The notes beneath the pieces were generated by a model. It was not told where the DNA came from, searched no databases, and saw only the letters and a list, made by a program, of their open reading frames with translations. This document shows positions 52,320 to 62,597 of a stretch of 64,000 nt of DNA, piece by piece (the stretch's first letter is position 1; every line of letters starts with the position of its first letter). The position numbers and the translations under genes are program-made. This DNA comes from an uncultured Pelagibacteraceae bacterium (GTDB lineage Bacteria; Pseudomonadota; Alphaproteobacteria; Pelagibacterales; Pelagibacteraceae). Where the stretch lies: positions 9,389 through 73,388 of the forward strand of contig CACEDX010000006.1 in assembly GCA_902558445.1 (NCBI GenBank), in the 5' to 3' direction.

Positions 52320-52955
52320 CTATGTTTTAAGTTTTTTTAAGTTTTTTAAAAATTCCACACCTATAAGTCCACTTTTTTCTGGATGAAATTGTGTGCCCAA
52401 AATATTAGATTTTTTTACAATTGAACAAAAATCTACATTTCCATATTTAGTGCTTGCAAAAATATTTTTTTTATCATTTGGAACGGCATAATATGAGTGA
52501 ACAAAATAAAAAAAATTATTTTCAAATCTTTTAAAATTTGTTTTTAAATTTTTTTCTTGAATCTTAAATTTATTCCAACCCAAATGGGTTAAGTTTGTCT
52601 TTACCCTGTTAAACTTAGTTACTTTTCCCTCGATCAACTTTAGTCCATCCGTTTTTATAAACTCATTACTTTTATCGAATAGCAACTGCATGCCTAGGCA
52701 AATTCCATAGATAAAAGAATTTGGTTTAGCTAAGTAATCATATAACTTATAATGGATATTATTTTTTTTTAAAAAATCAATTCCTGATTTAAAAGCTCCT
52801 ACGCCAGGAAGTATTATGATATCATAATTATAAGAAGCTTTTTTTAATTCTATTATTTCAGTTTTGAAACCTGCCTCTAAACAGGCTCTATATACACTAA
52901 AAATATTATTTATTTTTAAATCAATTATTCCAACTGAAAGTTTTACTTTATTCAT
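52320..52955 (-). CDS. HisH-like glutamine amidotransferase (sugar-cluster paralog, WbuY-like)
   Basis: LPGVGAF, GICLGMQLL, YFVHSY, QFHPEKS; start placed at the ATG overlapping the hisF-like stop. Confidence 0.9.
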   Translation of the reverse strand: MNKVKLSVGIIDLKINNIFSVYRACLEAGFKTEIIELKKASYNYDIIILPGVGAFKSGIDFLKKNNIHYKLYDYLAKPNSFIYGICLGMQLLFDKSNEFIKTDGLKLIEGKVTKFNRVKTNLTHLGWNKFKIQEKNLKTNFKRFENNFFYFVHSYYAVPNDKKNIFASTKYGNVDFCSIVKKSNILGTQFHPEKSGLIGVEFLKNLKKLKT

Positions 52956-53793
52956 ACCTAACATTAATCTTTTTTGATTTTAAGAATTTTTTGAGTTCTT
53001 TTATTAAATTTTTTTTTTTTTGAAATCTAGGTAAACTTTCTAAAAATGAAATATTCCCAACTTTTGTATTTGGTTTTTTGAAAAATTTTAAAGCTTCATA
53101 ATGTAATAATGATGCAATGCCAACTCCACTAATATTTGTATTTTTTATAACTTCATAAATATCATCAAAATTTCCAGCTCCACCATGTGCAATAAGAGGG
53201 ATGTCAATTTTTTCTGAAACTTTATGTATTAATTTTAAATCAAAACCTTTCTTTAATCCCTCCATATTAACCGAAGTCAAAATTATTTCTCCTGCTCCAT
53301 AATCTTGAACTTTTTTAGCCCAATCTAGAGGATTTATTTTAATAATATCTCTTCCATTAGATTTACTGATAAAATAACTATTTTTTAATTTAATAACCTG
53401 AATTAAAACTGTAATGTTTGCTGAACCGTAAATTCTTGAAGCCTTTTTTAAAAAATTAATATCATCGATTACAGCAGAATTTATGCAGATCTTATCAGCT
53501 CCTGAAGAAAACATTAACTGTATATCATTAAGACTTCTTATCCCTCCCCCAACTGATAAAGGAACAAAGATATCTTTTGCTGATTTCCTTATGAATTTTG
53601 ATAAATTGTTGGTTCCATATAAAGTTGCTACATTATCTATGTAACAAATTTCATCTGCTCCATTTTCATAGTAATATTTGGAGAAATTTTCTGCTATTCC
53701 TAAAATTCTTAACCCCTCAAGATTAATCCCTTTTATCAACAATCCATTTTTTATATCCAAAATTGGTATTATTCTTATAGGATTTTTGGTCAT
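52948..53793 (-). CDS. HisF-like cyclase subunit (sugar-cluster paralog, WbuZ-like)
   Basis: RIIPILD, KGINLEGLR, GADEI, VGGGIRS, GAGEIILTS, HGGAG. Confidence 0.9.
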   Translation of the reverse strand: MTKNPIRIIPILDIKNGLLIKGINLEGLRILGIAENFSKYYYENGADEICYIDNVATLYGTNNLSKFIRKSAKDIFVPLSVGGGIRSLNDIQLMFSSGADKICINSAVIDDINFLKKASRIYGSANITVLIQVIKLKNSYFISKSNGRDIIKINPLDWAKKVQDYGAGEIILTSVNMEGLKKGFDLKLIHKVSEKIDIPLIAHGGAGNFDDIYEVIKNTNISGVGIASLLHYEALKFFKKPNTKVGNISFLESLPRFQKKKNLIKELKKFLKSKKINVRYE

Positions 53794-53845
53794 AATTTTA
53801 AAATTTAATCAATAATAAATACACATTATTTATCATTAGTTTTGA

Positions 53846-55039
53846 CTACTTATTCGATAGTTCATTAAGAATTGTACTCCAAATATTAAATATACTTTTA
53901 TTTAAAGTCTCTTTAGATGTCAAAAAATTATACTTATATCTATCGAAATATCTTTTATCTGGTTTCAATCGAAAATCTTTTTTGTTTATTTTATTTTCTG
54001 AGTTTATGCAATTTGTGTTTAAATATTTTGCCAATAATTTTGTATCTGAAATAGACTGAGGCATCTTTAATTTCTGTTGTTCGTTAAATATAAAATTTAC
54101 AGCTTTGTTAAAAAGTACACAATAACTCACAGCAGTGGTTGGGCTATTAGCAATTACAAAATATGAATTTTGAATTGACTTTATTGTAGCATCCTTATCT
54201 CTTAATATTTTAAAACTTTTGTCATATAATTGTCTATAGTCGTCTCTAGACCTGGGATGGGGAACTACGATGATCTTTTTTTTAAATATTTTTTCAACAT
54301 TTTTCAAAAAAGTATTTAAAACCTCATACCAAAGTTCAATATTATATTTGTAATTATATCCAAACATCATTCTATCAGTTATAAATGGTGCACGGGAGTC
54401 TAAATAAACAATTTTTTTATAATTAATTTTTTTTCTCTTTTTTTTTTTAAATTCTAAATAATTAAAATAGTCATTGGAATTATATTTAAAAAATTTTGTT
54501 TTATGTGAATTAAGTTGTCCTTTGATAAATTTTTTTTTTCCAGAATATAATACGATTAATTTTTCAAAAGTTATAAATTGAATTATCTTACAAAAAAATC
54601 TTTCAAATATTATAAATTTTAATCTTGAAGGATTATTGAATATCAAAAAAATTACTTTTTTCATGTTGCTTAGAAGATCGTCAACTTTTTTATGATTTAG
54701 AGTTTCAGCAGAATTATATTGTATTATAATTGAATTTAAATTTTTAAGATAATAATGTATCTTGAATGATGCATATGTGTCTTGGGAAAGAAGGTTTAAA
54801 ATATAAGTCTTCTTATTTTTTATTATCTTATTCATATATTGTTTCCATTGACTTATATTTTTAAATTTTAACACTTTTTCATTTTTTACCTTTGAAAAAA
54901 ACCTCATTTTATCTGGGTATAAAATTTTTGAGAGATCGATATAGACAATCGGCACTTTTAATTTTTTTTCTATCTCCAACAATTTAAATTTATTAATAAA
55001 GTAATCTGAAAAAGGATAAGGATACAAAACTATGATCAT
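53846..55039 (-). CDS. hypothetical protein, candidate nonulosonate (sialyl-type) transferase
   Basis: Soluble, 397 aa, with VYLD, VVPHPR and a PTTAVSY segment reminiscent of GT-B CMP-sugar transferases; sits in the Leg cluster. Function inferred. Confidence 0.4.
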   Translation of the reverse strand: MIIVLYPYPFSDYFINKFKLLEIEKKLKVPIVYIDLSKILYPDKMRFFSKVKNEKVLKFKNISQWKQYMNKIIKNKKTYILNLLSQDTYASFKIHYYLKNLNSIIIQYNSAETLNHKKVDDLLSNMKKVIFLIFNNPSRLKFIIFERFFCKIIQFITFEKLIVLYSGKKKFIKGQLNSHKTKFFKYNSNDYFNYLEFKKKKRKKINYKKIVYLDSRAPFITDRMMFGYNYKYNIELWYEVLNTFLKNVEKIFKKKIIVVPHPRSRDDYRQLYDKSFKILRDKDATIKSIQNSYFVIANSPTTAVSYCVLFNKAVNFIFNEQQKLKMPQSISDTKLLAKYLNTNCINSENKINKKDFRLKPDKRYFDRYKYNFLTSKETLNKSIFNIWSTILNELSNK

Positions 55040-55042
55040 TAG

Positions 55043-56215
55043 TCAAAATTTTTTAAATTTTTTTTTCAATAAAGAAATAATTTTTAATTGATTACTTTTA
55101 GATAATGAATAGCTACTTGGCAAACATAAACATGTTTTAAATTTTAATTTAGCAATTTTGATATTATACCTCTCATAATTCCTAAATTGTTTTTGAAGAT
55201 GATTTGGATACCATATGGACCTTGTTTCAATATTAAATTTCTGGAAATTTTTTATTATTTGATTTTTTGAAATTTTATATAATTTTTTGTCTACTTCCAT
55301 GATGTTGAGCCAATTATTTGAAAAACAATAATCGGGATTTTCAACAATCTTTAAACCTTTAATTTTGTTTACATATTTCAAATAAACTCGATGAATCTTT
55401 AATTTTTTTTCTATAATCTTACTCAAATTTTTTATTTGTGATAACCCAACTGCAGCATGAAGATTCGAAAGTCCAAAATTATAACCAATATCATCATGAA
55501 CAAAATGAATTCTATCTTTATAGGCCTGGAAAATAAGATGTTTTGAACGTTTATATAATTTTTTATTTTTTAAAAGTATCATACCTCCTCCACCAGAGGT
55601 GATAATTTTATTTCCATTAAAAGATAAACAGCCTATCTCTCCAATTGTACCAGATTGAATTTTTTTATTATTACTATAATTTTTCCAATATGATCCTAAG
55701 CTCTCTGCCGCGTCCTCTATAATCTTAATATTTCTATACTTGCAAAATTTAATAAAGTTTTTGTTTAAATCTACTAAATTGCCAAAAGTATGAACAATTA
55801 CTAAACCAATGATTTTTTTGCCTGTTTTTTTATTTATAGAAAAACCATTTTTGAAAATTGTATTCTTCCTAATGAATTCCTCAACTTTATTAAGATTTAT
55901 AAGAAGTTTGTCATCACAGTCTATAAATATAGGCTTACAATTATTTTCTACTATTGCGTTGATCGTGGAAACAAACGTTATAGTTGGAGCTAAAATTTCA
56001 TCTTTATTATTAGGGTTAAGCAACCTGATACTCAATTTAAGAGCTGCTGAGCAATTTATTATTCCTAGTGTGTAAGGTGAATTAGTGATTTTTTTTATCT
56101 TTTTCTCAAAATTTAATACTAGCTTACCTTTAGCTGATATCCATTTAGAATTAATACAATTTCTAAGGTAAGATATTTCTTTTCCAAAAAAGTATGGTTC
56201 TGAAAGCTTAATCAT
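55043..56215 (-). CDS. legC: LegC-like DegT/DnrJ aminotransferase
   Basis: PTITFVST, VHTFG, EDAAESLGS, SFNGNKIITSGGGG, HDDIGYN, LPSS. Confidence 0.85.
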   Translation of the reverse strand: MIKLSEPYFFGKEISYLRNCINSKWISAKGKLVLNFEKKIKKITNSPYTLGIINCSAALKLSIRLLNPNNKDEILAPTITFVSTINAIVENNCKPIFIDCDDKLLINLNKVEEFIRKNTIFKNGFSINKKTGKKIIGLVIVHTFGNLVDLNKNFIKFCKYRNIKIIEDAAESLGSYWKNYSNNKKIQSGTIGEIGCLSFNGNKIITSGGGGMILLKNKKLYKRSKHLIFQAYKDRIHFVHDDIGYNFGLSNLHAAVGLSQIKNLSKIIEKKLKIHRVYLKYVNKIKGLKIVENPDYCFSNNWLNIMEVDKKLYKISKNQIIKNFQKFNIETRSIWYPNHLQKQFRNYERYNIKIAKLKFKTCLCLPSSYSLSKSNQLKIISLLKKKFKKF

Positions 56216-57111
56216 ACGTTTTTTATTTTAATTTTATCTATCAATTTCATTAACTCTAAACCTTCAAAAATTGTACAAGTATGTTTCAACTTTTGACTCA
56301 TCAGCTCAAGATGAAGACTTCTGAATGTGTTTTTTATATCAAAGTTTTTAAATTTTTTTAAATCCTCTTTATCGTCACTAACTACTTTAATTGTATTATT
56401 TATTAAGTCGCCCTCGATACTAAAGTTGTTTCCATCAACTTTTAACCTTCTACAATTAATTCGTGAAAAAAAATTAATGTTGAGATTAAAAAAGGAATTG
56501 TTATTTACTTTTCCTGAAAGATTTAAAATATCATCAGTATTAATTTTTAATCTTGAAATTTTTTTGTTAAAGACATGTAATATATTTATTTTTTTAAATA
56601 GCCATTTTAGAAAATCTAATTCATGGCTAAGCTCTAATAAAACACCACCACCTAATTTTTTTTTAGCAGATACAGAACGTTTGTAATTTTTCTTTCTCCA
56701 AGAAGGAAGAAAAGAGTGTGAAATAATATTAATAGATAATATTTTTTTTTTGTTTAAAAATTTTTTTAAATATTTAACTACAGGATGAAACCTTAGATTG
56801 TATCCTACAAAATATTTATTTTTTAAGTTTTTACCGATTGAATAAAACTTAATAAATAAAGGTTTCTCGATTAACACAATTTTATTTTTAAAGTTTTTTT
56901 CTACAAATAAAAAGTGGAAATAATGAAAAGATGATGGAGAACAAATAATTATATATTCAGGATTAAATTTTTTCAATGACTCAAGCTCATTTTTTAAATT
57001 TTTTCTTGTTTGGATTGTATGAATTATAATATTTTTATTTATTAATCTTAAAACTTTAACGTGAGTTTTTTGAATTGATCCTGAGCCAATTATTAAAACT
57101 TTTTTTATCAT
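56212..57111 (-). CDS. Gfo/Idh/MocA oxidoreductase (PtmF-like)
   Basis: IGSGSI, LIEKPL, VGYNLRFHP, GGGVLLELSHELD. Confidence 0.85.
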   Translation of the reverse strand: MIKKVLIIGSGSIQKTHVKVLRLINKNIIIHTIQTRKNLKNELESLKKFNPEYIIICSPSSFHYFHFLFVEKNFKNKIVLIEKPLFIKFYSIGKNLKNKYFVGYNLRFHPVVKYLKKFLNKKKILSINIISHSFLPSWRKKNYKRSVSAKKKLGGGVLLELSHELDFLKWLFKKINILHVFNKKISRLKINTDDILNLSGKVNNNSFFNLNINFFSRINCRRLKVDGNNFSIEGDLINNTIKVVSDDKEDLKKFKNFDIKNTFRSLHLELMSQKLKHTCTIFEGLELMKLIDKIKIKNV

Positions 57112-57785
57112 ATTAAAAAATATTTTTTTTTATTAATTATTTTATATGGTCTAAAATTTTTAATTTTTGTAGCTCTAATCACTCTCTTGATTTCTTCTTG
57201 ATTAGCTTGTTTTTTTAAAAGATACAACTTTTCTAAATCTTTTTTTTTATACAATTTTTTTGACCACTTTAGTTTATTATTTTTTAAAATTAATTTTTCT
57301 AGATTGTTGCTATTTTTTTTTAATAATTTTAAGATAAAAAATGCTTGTTTGATCATTAGCCTATATGTTTTATTTAAACAAATATTTAAATTATCTTTTT
57401 TTTTTATCTGAAATTTTTTAACATCTAATATTTTCCCATTATCTATTCTCTCATTAATTAAATGTGCAGTACTACCATAAAATTTTTCATTATTATAAAG
57501 TGCAAAATTTATACATCCAATACCTCTATATTCAGGTGTTCCCGGATGAAAATTTATTGCAGCAAATTTGGTTTTATTGATATGTTTTTTTTTTAAAATG
57601 TAAAAGCTTCTAAAGCAAAAAATATAATCAAAATTTTTTTTTTCTATTATTTTATTTAATTTTTTACCTGGATAACTAGACTCTATATATCGAAAAGTTT
57701 GACTTTCTTTTAAAAGATAATTTCTAAGTCTAAGTGAATATTTACAACCTTTCCTTCCTAAAAGTAACACTGAACCTAATTTCAT
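57108..57785 (-). CDS. formyltransferase family protein
   Basis: INFHPGTPEYRG, GSTAH, IDNGKI (N10-formyl-THF-dependent catalytic Asn/His/Asp). Confidence 0.85.
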   Translation of the reverse strand: MKLGSVLLLGRKGCKYSLRLRNYLLKESQTFRYIESSYPGKKLNKIIEKKNFDYIFCFRSFYILKKKHINKTKFAAINFHPGTPEYRGIGCINFALYNNEKFYGSTAHLINERIDNGKILDVKKFQIKKKDNLNICLNKTYRLMIKQAFFILKLLKKNSNNLEKLILKNNKLKWSKKLYKKKDLEKLYLLKKQANQEEIKRVIRATKIKNFRPYKIINKKKYFLI

Positions 57786-57802
57786 TTCTACGTTTTAATT
57801 TT

Positions 57803-58618
57803 CTAAATTGCTGTCCAACCGCCATCGACTATAAAGGAAGTTCCCGTTACATAAGATGATGCATCTGATCCTAAAAATAAAACCGCAGAAGCCACTTCTT
57901 CGGCTTTACCTAATCTCTTTAAAGGACAATTTTTAATATAGTTTCTCAAAAAAGTTTTATCTTGAGTTTTACTTTTACCCTTTGTGTGACCAATCAAACC
58001 ACCAGGACAGATTGTATTTATTCTAATTTGATATTTTCCATAATATGAAGCTAGCTGTTTAGAAAAATTAATTATACCTCCTTTAATAATTGAATAGTTC
58101 ATGTTTTCCTTAATATTTGTTTTTTCATATATTGAGTTATTTTGACCAACTAAACCATATATAGAACTAAACATTATTACAGAACCCTTTATCTTTTTCT
58201 TCTTCATAACTTCACATGCCCTATATGAAAACCAAGTATGTGAATTTAAATGTATATCAATATTTTTTCTTAGTCTGCTTAAGCTATTTTCTTTAAAAGA
58301 ACTTAGTTCCCAATCTTTAGTTGTTGGGTAAGAACAATTTATAAATATATCTGGGCATCCAAATTTTTTAAAAAAAAAAGTCATTTTCTTATCACCCTTT
58401 TTCAAATCTAAAAAATCAAAATAATTAAAGTGAAATTTTTTTCTATTATATTTTTTTGAAAGAAGATTGCCTTTTTTTTTATTGTTATCAAAAATAAATA
58501 GTTCTGCTGATGCTGAAATCATAGCTTCACATATTTCAGAACCAATCAAACCACATCCACCAATAATGAAAACTTTTTTATTTTTTAAGGAAAATTTATT
58601 CAAATAATCTTTTATCAT
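57803..58618 (-). CDS. SDR oxidoreductase (PtmA-like)
   Basis: GGCGLIG, NCSYP, SSIYG, YSIIKGG, RINTICPGG, VDGGWT. Confidence 0.88.
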   Translation of the reverse strand: MIKDYLNKFSLKNKKVFIIGGCGLIGSEICEAMISASAELFIFDNNKKKGNLLSKKYNRKKFHFNYFDFLDLKKGDKKMTFFFKKFGCPDIFINCSYPTTKDWELSSFKENSLSRLRKNIDIHLNSHTWFSYRACEVMKKKKIKGSVIMFSSIYGLVGQNNSIYEKTNIKENMNYSIIKGGIINFSKQLASYYGKYQIRINTICPGGLIGHTKGKSKTQDKTFLRNYIKNCPLKRLGKAEEVASAVLFLGSDASSYVTGTSFIVDGGWTAI

Positions 58619-59339
58619 CTTTTATTAATAACCTTACTAAATTTAAATCATAAATATCATCTATATCAATTGATCTTTCTCTTGGCATCTTAAATATTGT
58701 TGTTTTTTTGTTAATTAATCTTTTTTTCTTAATCAATGTATCCCTGGTAAAGATATAAATTGATGCATTCATCTCGTATACAGAAGGAGCATCTTGTCTT
58801 CTTACTATCTTGTAATCTGATGAAAAACTTCTTGAGAATTTATTTGAATTATTTTTATATTTTACAAGTTTTATGTTTTTATTTCTATCAAACTCAACCA
58901 TATTAAAATATGGATTTTTTTTTGCAGAACATACTGAAAAGAGGTTATTACTTTTTTTCTTTTTAAACTTTTTTAATGCATTTTTAATATCAGCTATTTT
59001 TCTTAGAGGTGCGGTAATGTCTAAATCTACACAAATTTCAATTTTTTTTTTAAAGTGTTTTTCTGACTCAATTAAAGCATGTCTAATAGCTAATAATTTC
59101 GAGCTTTTATCGTTAGAAAAATTTTTTGGCCTTAAAAACCATGATTTTGCACCATAATGTTTTGCAACTTTTTGAATTTTTTTTGAGTCCGTAGATACCA
59201 CAACTTCCTCAAAAATTCCTGATTTTATTGCTTGTCTTATAGTGTATGAAATAAGTGGTCTTTGATTCACTTTTCTCAATGCTTTATCAGTTAAACCCTT
59301 TGACCCCCCTCTAGCACAAATAGTACAAATAATAGACAT
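58596..59339 (-). CDS. CMP-nonulosonate synthetase (LegF/PtmB/NeuA)
   Basis: ICARGGSKG, VSTDS, DITAPLR, NPYFNM, RRQDAP.VYEMNASIY, SIDIDD. Confidence 0.92.
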   Translation of the reverse strand: MSIICTICARGGSKGLTDKALRKVNQRPLISYTIRQAIKSGIFEEVVVSTDSKKIQKVAKHYGAKSWFLRPKNFSNDKSSKLLAIRHALIESEKHFKKKIEICVDLDITAPLRKIADIKNALKKFKKKKSNNLFSVCSAKKNPYFNMVEFDRNKNIKLVKYKNNSNKFSRSFSSDYKIVRRQDAPSVYEMNASIYIFTRDTLIKKKRLINKKTTIFKMPRERSIDIDDIYDLNLVRLLIKDDKRLFE

Positions 59340-59343
59340 AAAT

Positions 59344-60417
59344 TTAGATATCTAACTTTTGGGCCTTTTTGAGGTCAGACAATTTACCTAAGTCAGTCCA
59401 GGACTCACTACTTATCTGATAAACGCCTACTTTATTCTCTAATTTCATAACTTTTTGAATTAAATCTGTCATATCCATCTTTTTGTTCTTAGGTAAAAAA
59501 TTAATAATCTTTTTTTTTACTAAATATAACCCCGTGTTAGCTGTAAAATTATATTTTGGTTTTTCTAACATTGAAATTAATTTATTGTCTTTTATCCCAC
59601 AAACACCATACGGAAAAATAAATTGTGTTTTTGAGGCTACCACAGTTATCAAGTTATCATTTCTTTTATGTAATTCGTATAATTTTGAATAATCTATTTT
59701 AAATAAAGTATCACAATTAGTAATAATAAAATCTTCAGATTGTATTTTTTTAATTAATCTAACTCCCCCAACTGTTCCTAATGCTTTAGTTTCCTTAAAA
59801 AAATTAATCTTATAATTTTTACTTAAAGATTTGAAATACGATTTAATTAATTCTGCTTGGTGATTTAAAACTAAATGAAATTTAGAAAATTTAAAGTTAT
59901 TGAAATTTTCAATAATATGTTCAAGCATAGGTCTCGAATTAACAGGGATTAATGGTTTAGGTAAAATTTCGGTAAAAGGCTTGAGTCTTTTGCCTTCACC
60001 TCCAGCCATTATCACTACATCTATCTTTTTTAAACTAAAATCTTTTTTTTCTGTTTTAAAAATATTGTCCCAAGTTAAAACTTTTTTAACAATGTTTTTC
60101 GAATCTACTACAGGTAATACACCATATTGCCCTAAGAGAAATAATTTTTTAATTTTTTCTTCATTTATATGAGCAATATTTATTTTTTTTGGCCTTTTTT
60201 TATACAACAGGCTTATACTAGAGTTTATTGTTTTTTTTTTCAAAAGTCCCTTTTGAATATCTCCTTCAGTAAGAGTTCCAAGTAAATGCATATATTTATC
60301 AATTACTAAAACTGTCCTGTTGCCATTTTTTTTAATTTTGATTATAGCATCCTTAATTGTCTCATTTTTGAAGATAAAATAATTTTTTTGATTTTTTATA
60401 GTATCAAATTTGTACAT
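59344..60417 (-). CDS. CBS-domain nucleotidyltransferase (PtmE/LegX-like sugar-1-phosphate guanylyltransferase)
   Basis: N-terminal CBS pair (GTLTEGDI), MAGGEGKRLKP.T..LPKPL, LGTVG, TNCD, EKP, WTDLG. Confidence 0.88.
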   Translation of the reverse strand: MYKFDTIKNQKNYFIFKNETIKDAIIKIKKNGNRTVLVIDKYMHLLGTLTEGDIQKGLLKKKTINSSISLLYKKRPKKINIAHINEEKIKKLFLLGQYGVLPVVDSKNIVKKVLTWDNIFKTEKKDFSLKKIDVVIMAGGEGKRLKPFTEILPKPLIPVNSRPMLEHIIENFNNFKFSKFHLVLNHQAELIKSYFKSLSKNYKINFFKETKALGTVGGVRLIKKIQSEDFIITNCDTLFKIDYSKLYELHKRNDNLITVVASKTQFIFPYGVCGIKDNKLISMLEKPKYNFTANTGLYLVKKKIINFLPKNKKMDMTDLIQKVMKLENKVGVYQISSESWTDLGKLSDLKKAQKLDI

Positions 60418-61558
60418 AAAATTTTTTATTTAAGATATTTTTTAGTTTTATTTTTTTTAAAACTTGAATTATTTTTTCCGAACTATCTTTTTTTTCGTAT
60501 GGATTAATTATCTTTTTTAAACTATCAGAAAATTTTTTAGAATAAACATAATTAATTTTACGTTCAATCTTTTTACTTTCAAAATCTATGTTTATCACAG
60601 AATCAGCAGTCACTCTTCCTTTTTGTCTATCTCCTAAGTTAATTGTTGGTTTTTTTAATGATGGCATTTCAATTATACCACTTGAGGAATTACCAATCAT
60701 TAAATCTACTTCACTGCATAAAGAAAAGTAAATCTGATCACCTAAAGATTTAAAGAAATAACCATTTTTATTGAACTTTATAAAGTTTTTTATTTCTTTA
60801 ACTATCATTTTAAAATTTACATCAGCACCAGGCATCGTAAAAATCAAACTAGTTTCCTTGAGTTTATTGAGGCTTCTGAATAACTCTTTAAGATTTTTTT
60901 TATTTTGTTGCGTAGAATTTATTGTTTCAGGATGATATGTAATCAAAATATTTTTTTTTTTAAATTTTATATTCAATTTTTTTTCCAAATTTTTTTTATT
61001 CAACAAAGCTGTTTTCCTCAAATTTTCTACACCTAATGATCCAATATTAAAAATGTGTTTTGGATTCTCCCCAAGTTGAATTAAATTTCTATGATATTCT
61101 TTTGTAGAAACAAAATGAATATGGGACATTTTAGTTATTGAATGTCTTAATGCTTCATCTATGACACCCTCAGTTATTTCCCCACCATGTATATGTGCTA
61201 TTGGTATTCTGTTAAAACATGCTGCTACAGCTGCTGCAAAAATTTCGTATCTATCTCCTAAAATAATCAAAAGATCAGGTTTTAGCCTCAACATCTCTTC
61301 AGAAAATAATTTTACAGCTATGGCATAAGATTTCGAAATATCTAACTCAGTATCATTGTTGAGTAAAATCTTTATTTTGCTTCCAATTTTAATTTTTTCT
61401 TTTTTAATTTGATTAATTGTATTCCCAAAAACTTGAGAATTATGAGAGCCAGTGACAATTAGATGGTGTTTAAATGTTCGATTATTTTCAAATTTTTTTA
61501 TAAGATTTTTTAAAATATAAAATTCAGCTCTTGATCCAGTTACCGTGCAAATTTTCAT
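60404..61558 (-). CDS. neuC: hydrolysing NDP-N,N'-diacylbacillosamine 2-epimerase (LegG/NeuC)
   Basis: VTGSRAEF, LGDRYE, HIHGGE, RHSITKMSH, TYHPET, GNSSSGIIE, GDRQKGR. Confidence 0.93.
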   Translation of the reverse strand: MKICTVTGSRAEFYILKNLIKKFENNRTFKHHLIVTGSHNSQVFGNTINQIKKEKIKIGSKIKILLNNDTELDISKSYAIAVKLFSEEMLRLKPDLLIILGDRYEIFAAAVAACFNRIPIAHIHGGEITEGVIDEALRHSITKMSHIHFVSTKEYHRNLIQLGENPKHIFNIGSLGVENLRKTALLNKKNLEKKLNIKFKKKNILITYHPETINSTQQNKKNLKELFRSLNKLKETSLIFTMPGADVNFKMIVKEIKNFIKFNKNGYFFKSLGDQIYFSLCSEVDLMIGNSSSGIIEMPSLKKPTINLGDRQKGRVTADSVINIDFESKKIERKINYVYSKKFSDSLKKIINPYEKKDSSEKIIQVLKKIKLKNILNKKFYVQI

Positions 61559-61561
61559 TAA

Positions 61562-62569
61562 TTAAATTTTTATATTTTGATCTTTAGTAAAGTTAAATTT
61601 TGAAATTTTTCCAATTATTTTATCCCAATATTTAGCAGAAATACCATTTTTAGCTCTTTTGGTTGTTATATTGTGATTTGTAAAAAATTCTCCAGTAACT
61701 ATATCCTTTGAAGCTACAATTTTTTTTCTTACTATTTTAGATATTTTCAGTTCCTCTCTATAAGGTTTTTTATCATATTTACCTATGCTTTCATGAAACA
61801 ATCTTAATTTTTTAACATACTCAATTAATTCTTTCGGTGACAAACTTGCTTTATGGTCAGGTCCTTTTAAATCTTTATTAAGTGTAAAGTGTTTTTCAAA
61901 AATAGTTGCACCCAAGGATAAAGACATTAAGGACGCTTCATATCCAATACTATGATCAGAATATCCGACTCTCATTTTTAATTTATCTTTTAAGTATTTA
62001 ATAGACATTAAATTTAATTTTTTAATATTTGCTGGATATTCTGTGTTACAATGAAGTATTGAAATATCTTTTTTTCTTGTTCCGCTTTCTATTAATATTT
62101 TTACTGCAGTTTTGACTTCACTTATGTTGCTCATTCCTGTCGATAAAATTATTTCTTTTTTAAGTGATCCTGCATATCTTAGATAAGGTATATTATTTAT
62201 TTCTCCTGATGGAATCTTTAAAATCTTAAGTTTTAATTTATTCAAAAGTTTTATACTTTTAATATCAAATGGGCTTGATAAGAATTTAATTTTCTTTTTT
62301 TTACACCTTTTAATAATTTTTTTAAAATCATTAGGAAAAATTTTAAGTTCGTCTAGTAACTGATAATGGTTTTTAACTTTAAAATTTTTTTTCTGATAGT
62401 CTGCAAGCCCTAAATCTGAAGTTGTTACCTCACTTGGATTAAATGTTTGAAACTTTATATAATCAGCACCTGCCAAAGACGCTAAATCAACCATCTTAAT
62501 TGCATTATTGATATTGCCATTATGATTTACTCCCGCCTCTGCAATTATAATTATTTTACTCCTCCTCAT
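61562..62569 (-). CDS. neuB: nonulosonate synthase (LegI/NeuB)
   Basis: IIAEAGVNHNG, KFQTF, KIPSGE, LSTGM, LHCNTEYP, GYSDHS, EKHFTL, GPDH; C-terminal SAF domain. Confidence 0.94.
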   Translation of the reverse strand: MRRSKIIIIAEAGVNHNGNINNAIKMVDLASLAGADYIKFQTFNPSEVTTSDLGLADYQKKNFKVKNHYQLLDELKIFPNDFKKIIKRCKKKKIKFLSSPFDIKSIKLLNKLKLKILKIPSGEINNIPYLRYAGSLKKEIILSTGMSNISEVKTAVKILIESGTRKKDISILHCNTEYPANIKKLNLMSIKYLKDKLKMRVGYSDHSIGYEASLMSLSLGATIFEKHFTLNKDLKGPDHKASLSPKELIEYVKKLRLFHESIGKYDKKPYREELKISKIVRKKIVASKDIVTGEFFTNHNITTKRAKNGISAKYWDKIIGKISKFNFTKDQNIKI

Positions 62570-62597
62570 TTAGATATGATCGTTCATTTTGTTTTTA

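Noticed and set aside
52320-53793. hisH/hisF as histidine biosynthesis genes
   Set aside because: They are coupled to an N-acetyl sugar amidotransferase inside a glycan cluster, the known ammonia-supplying paralog arrangement.
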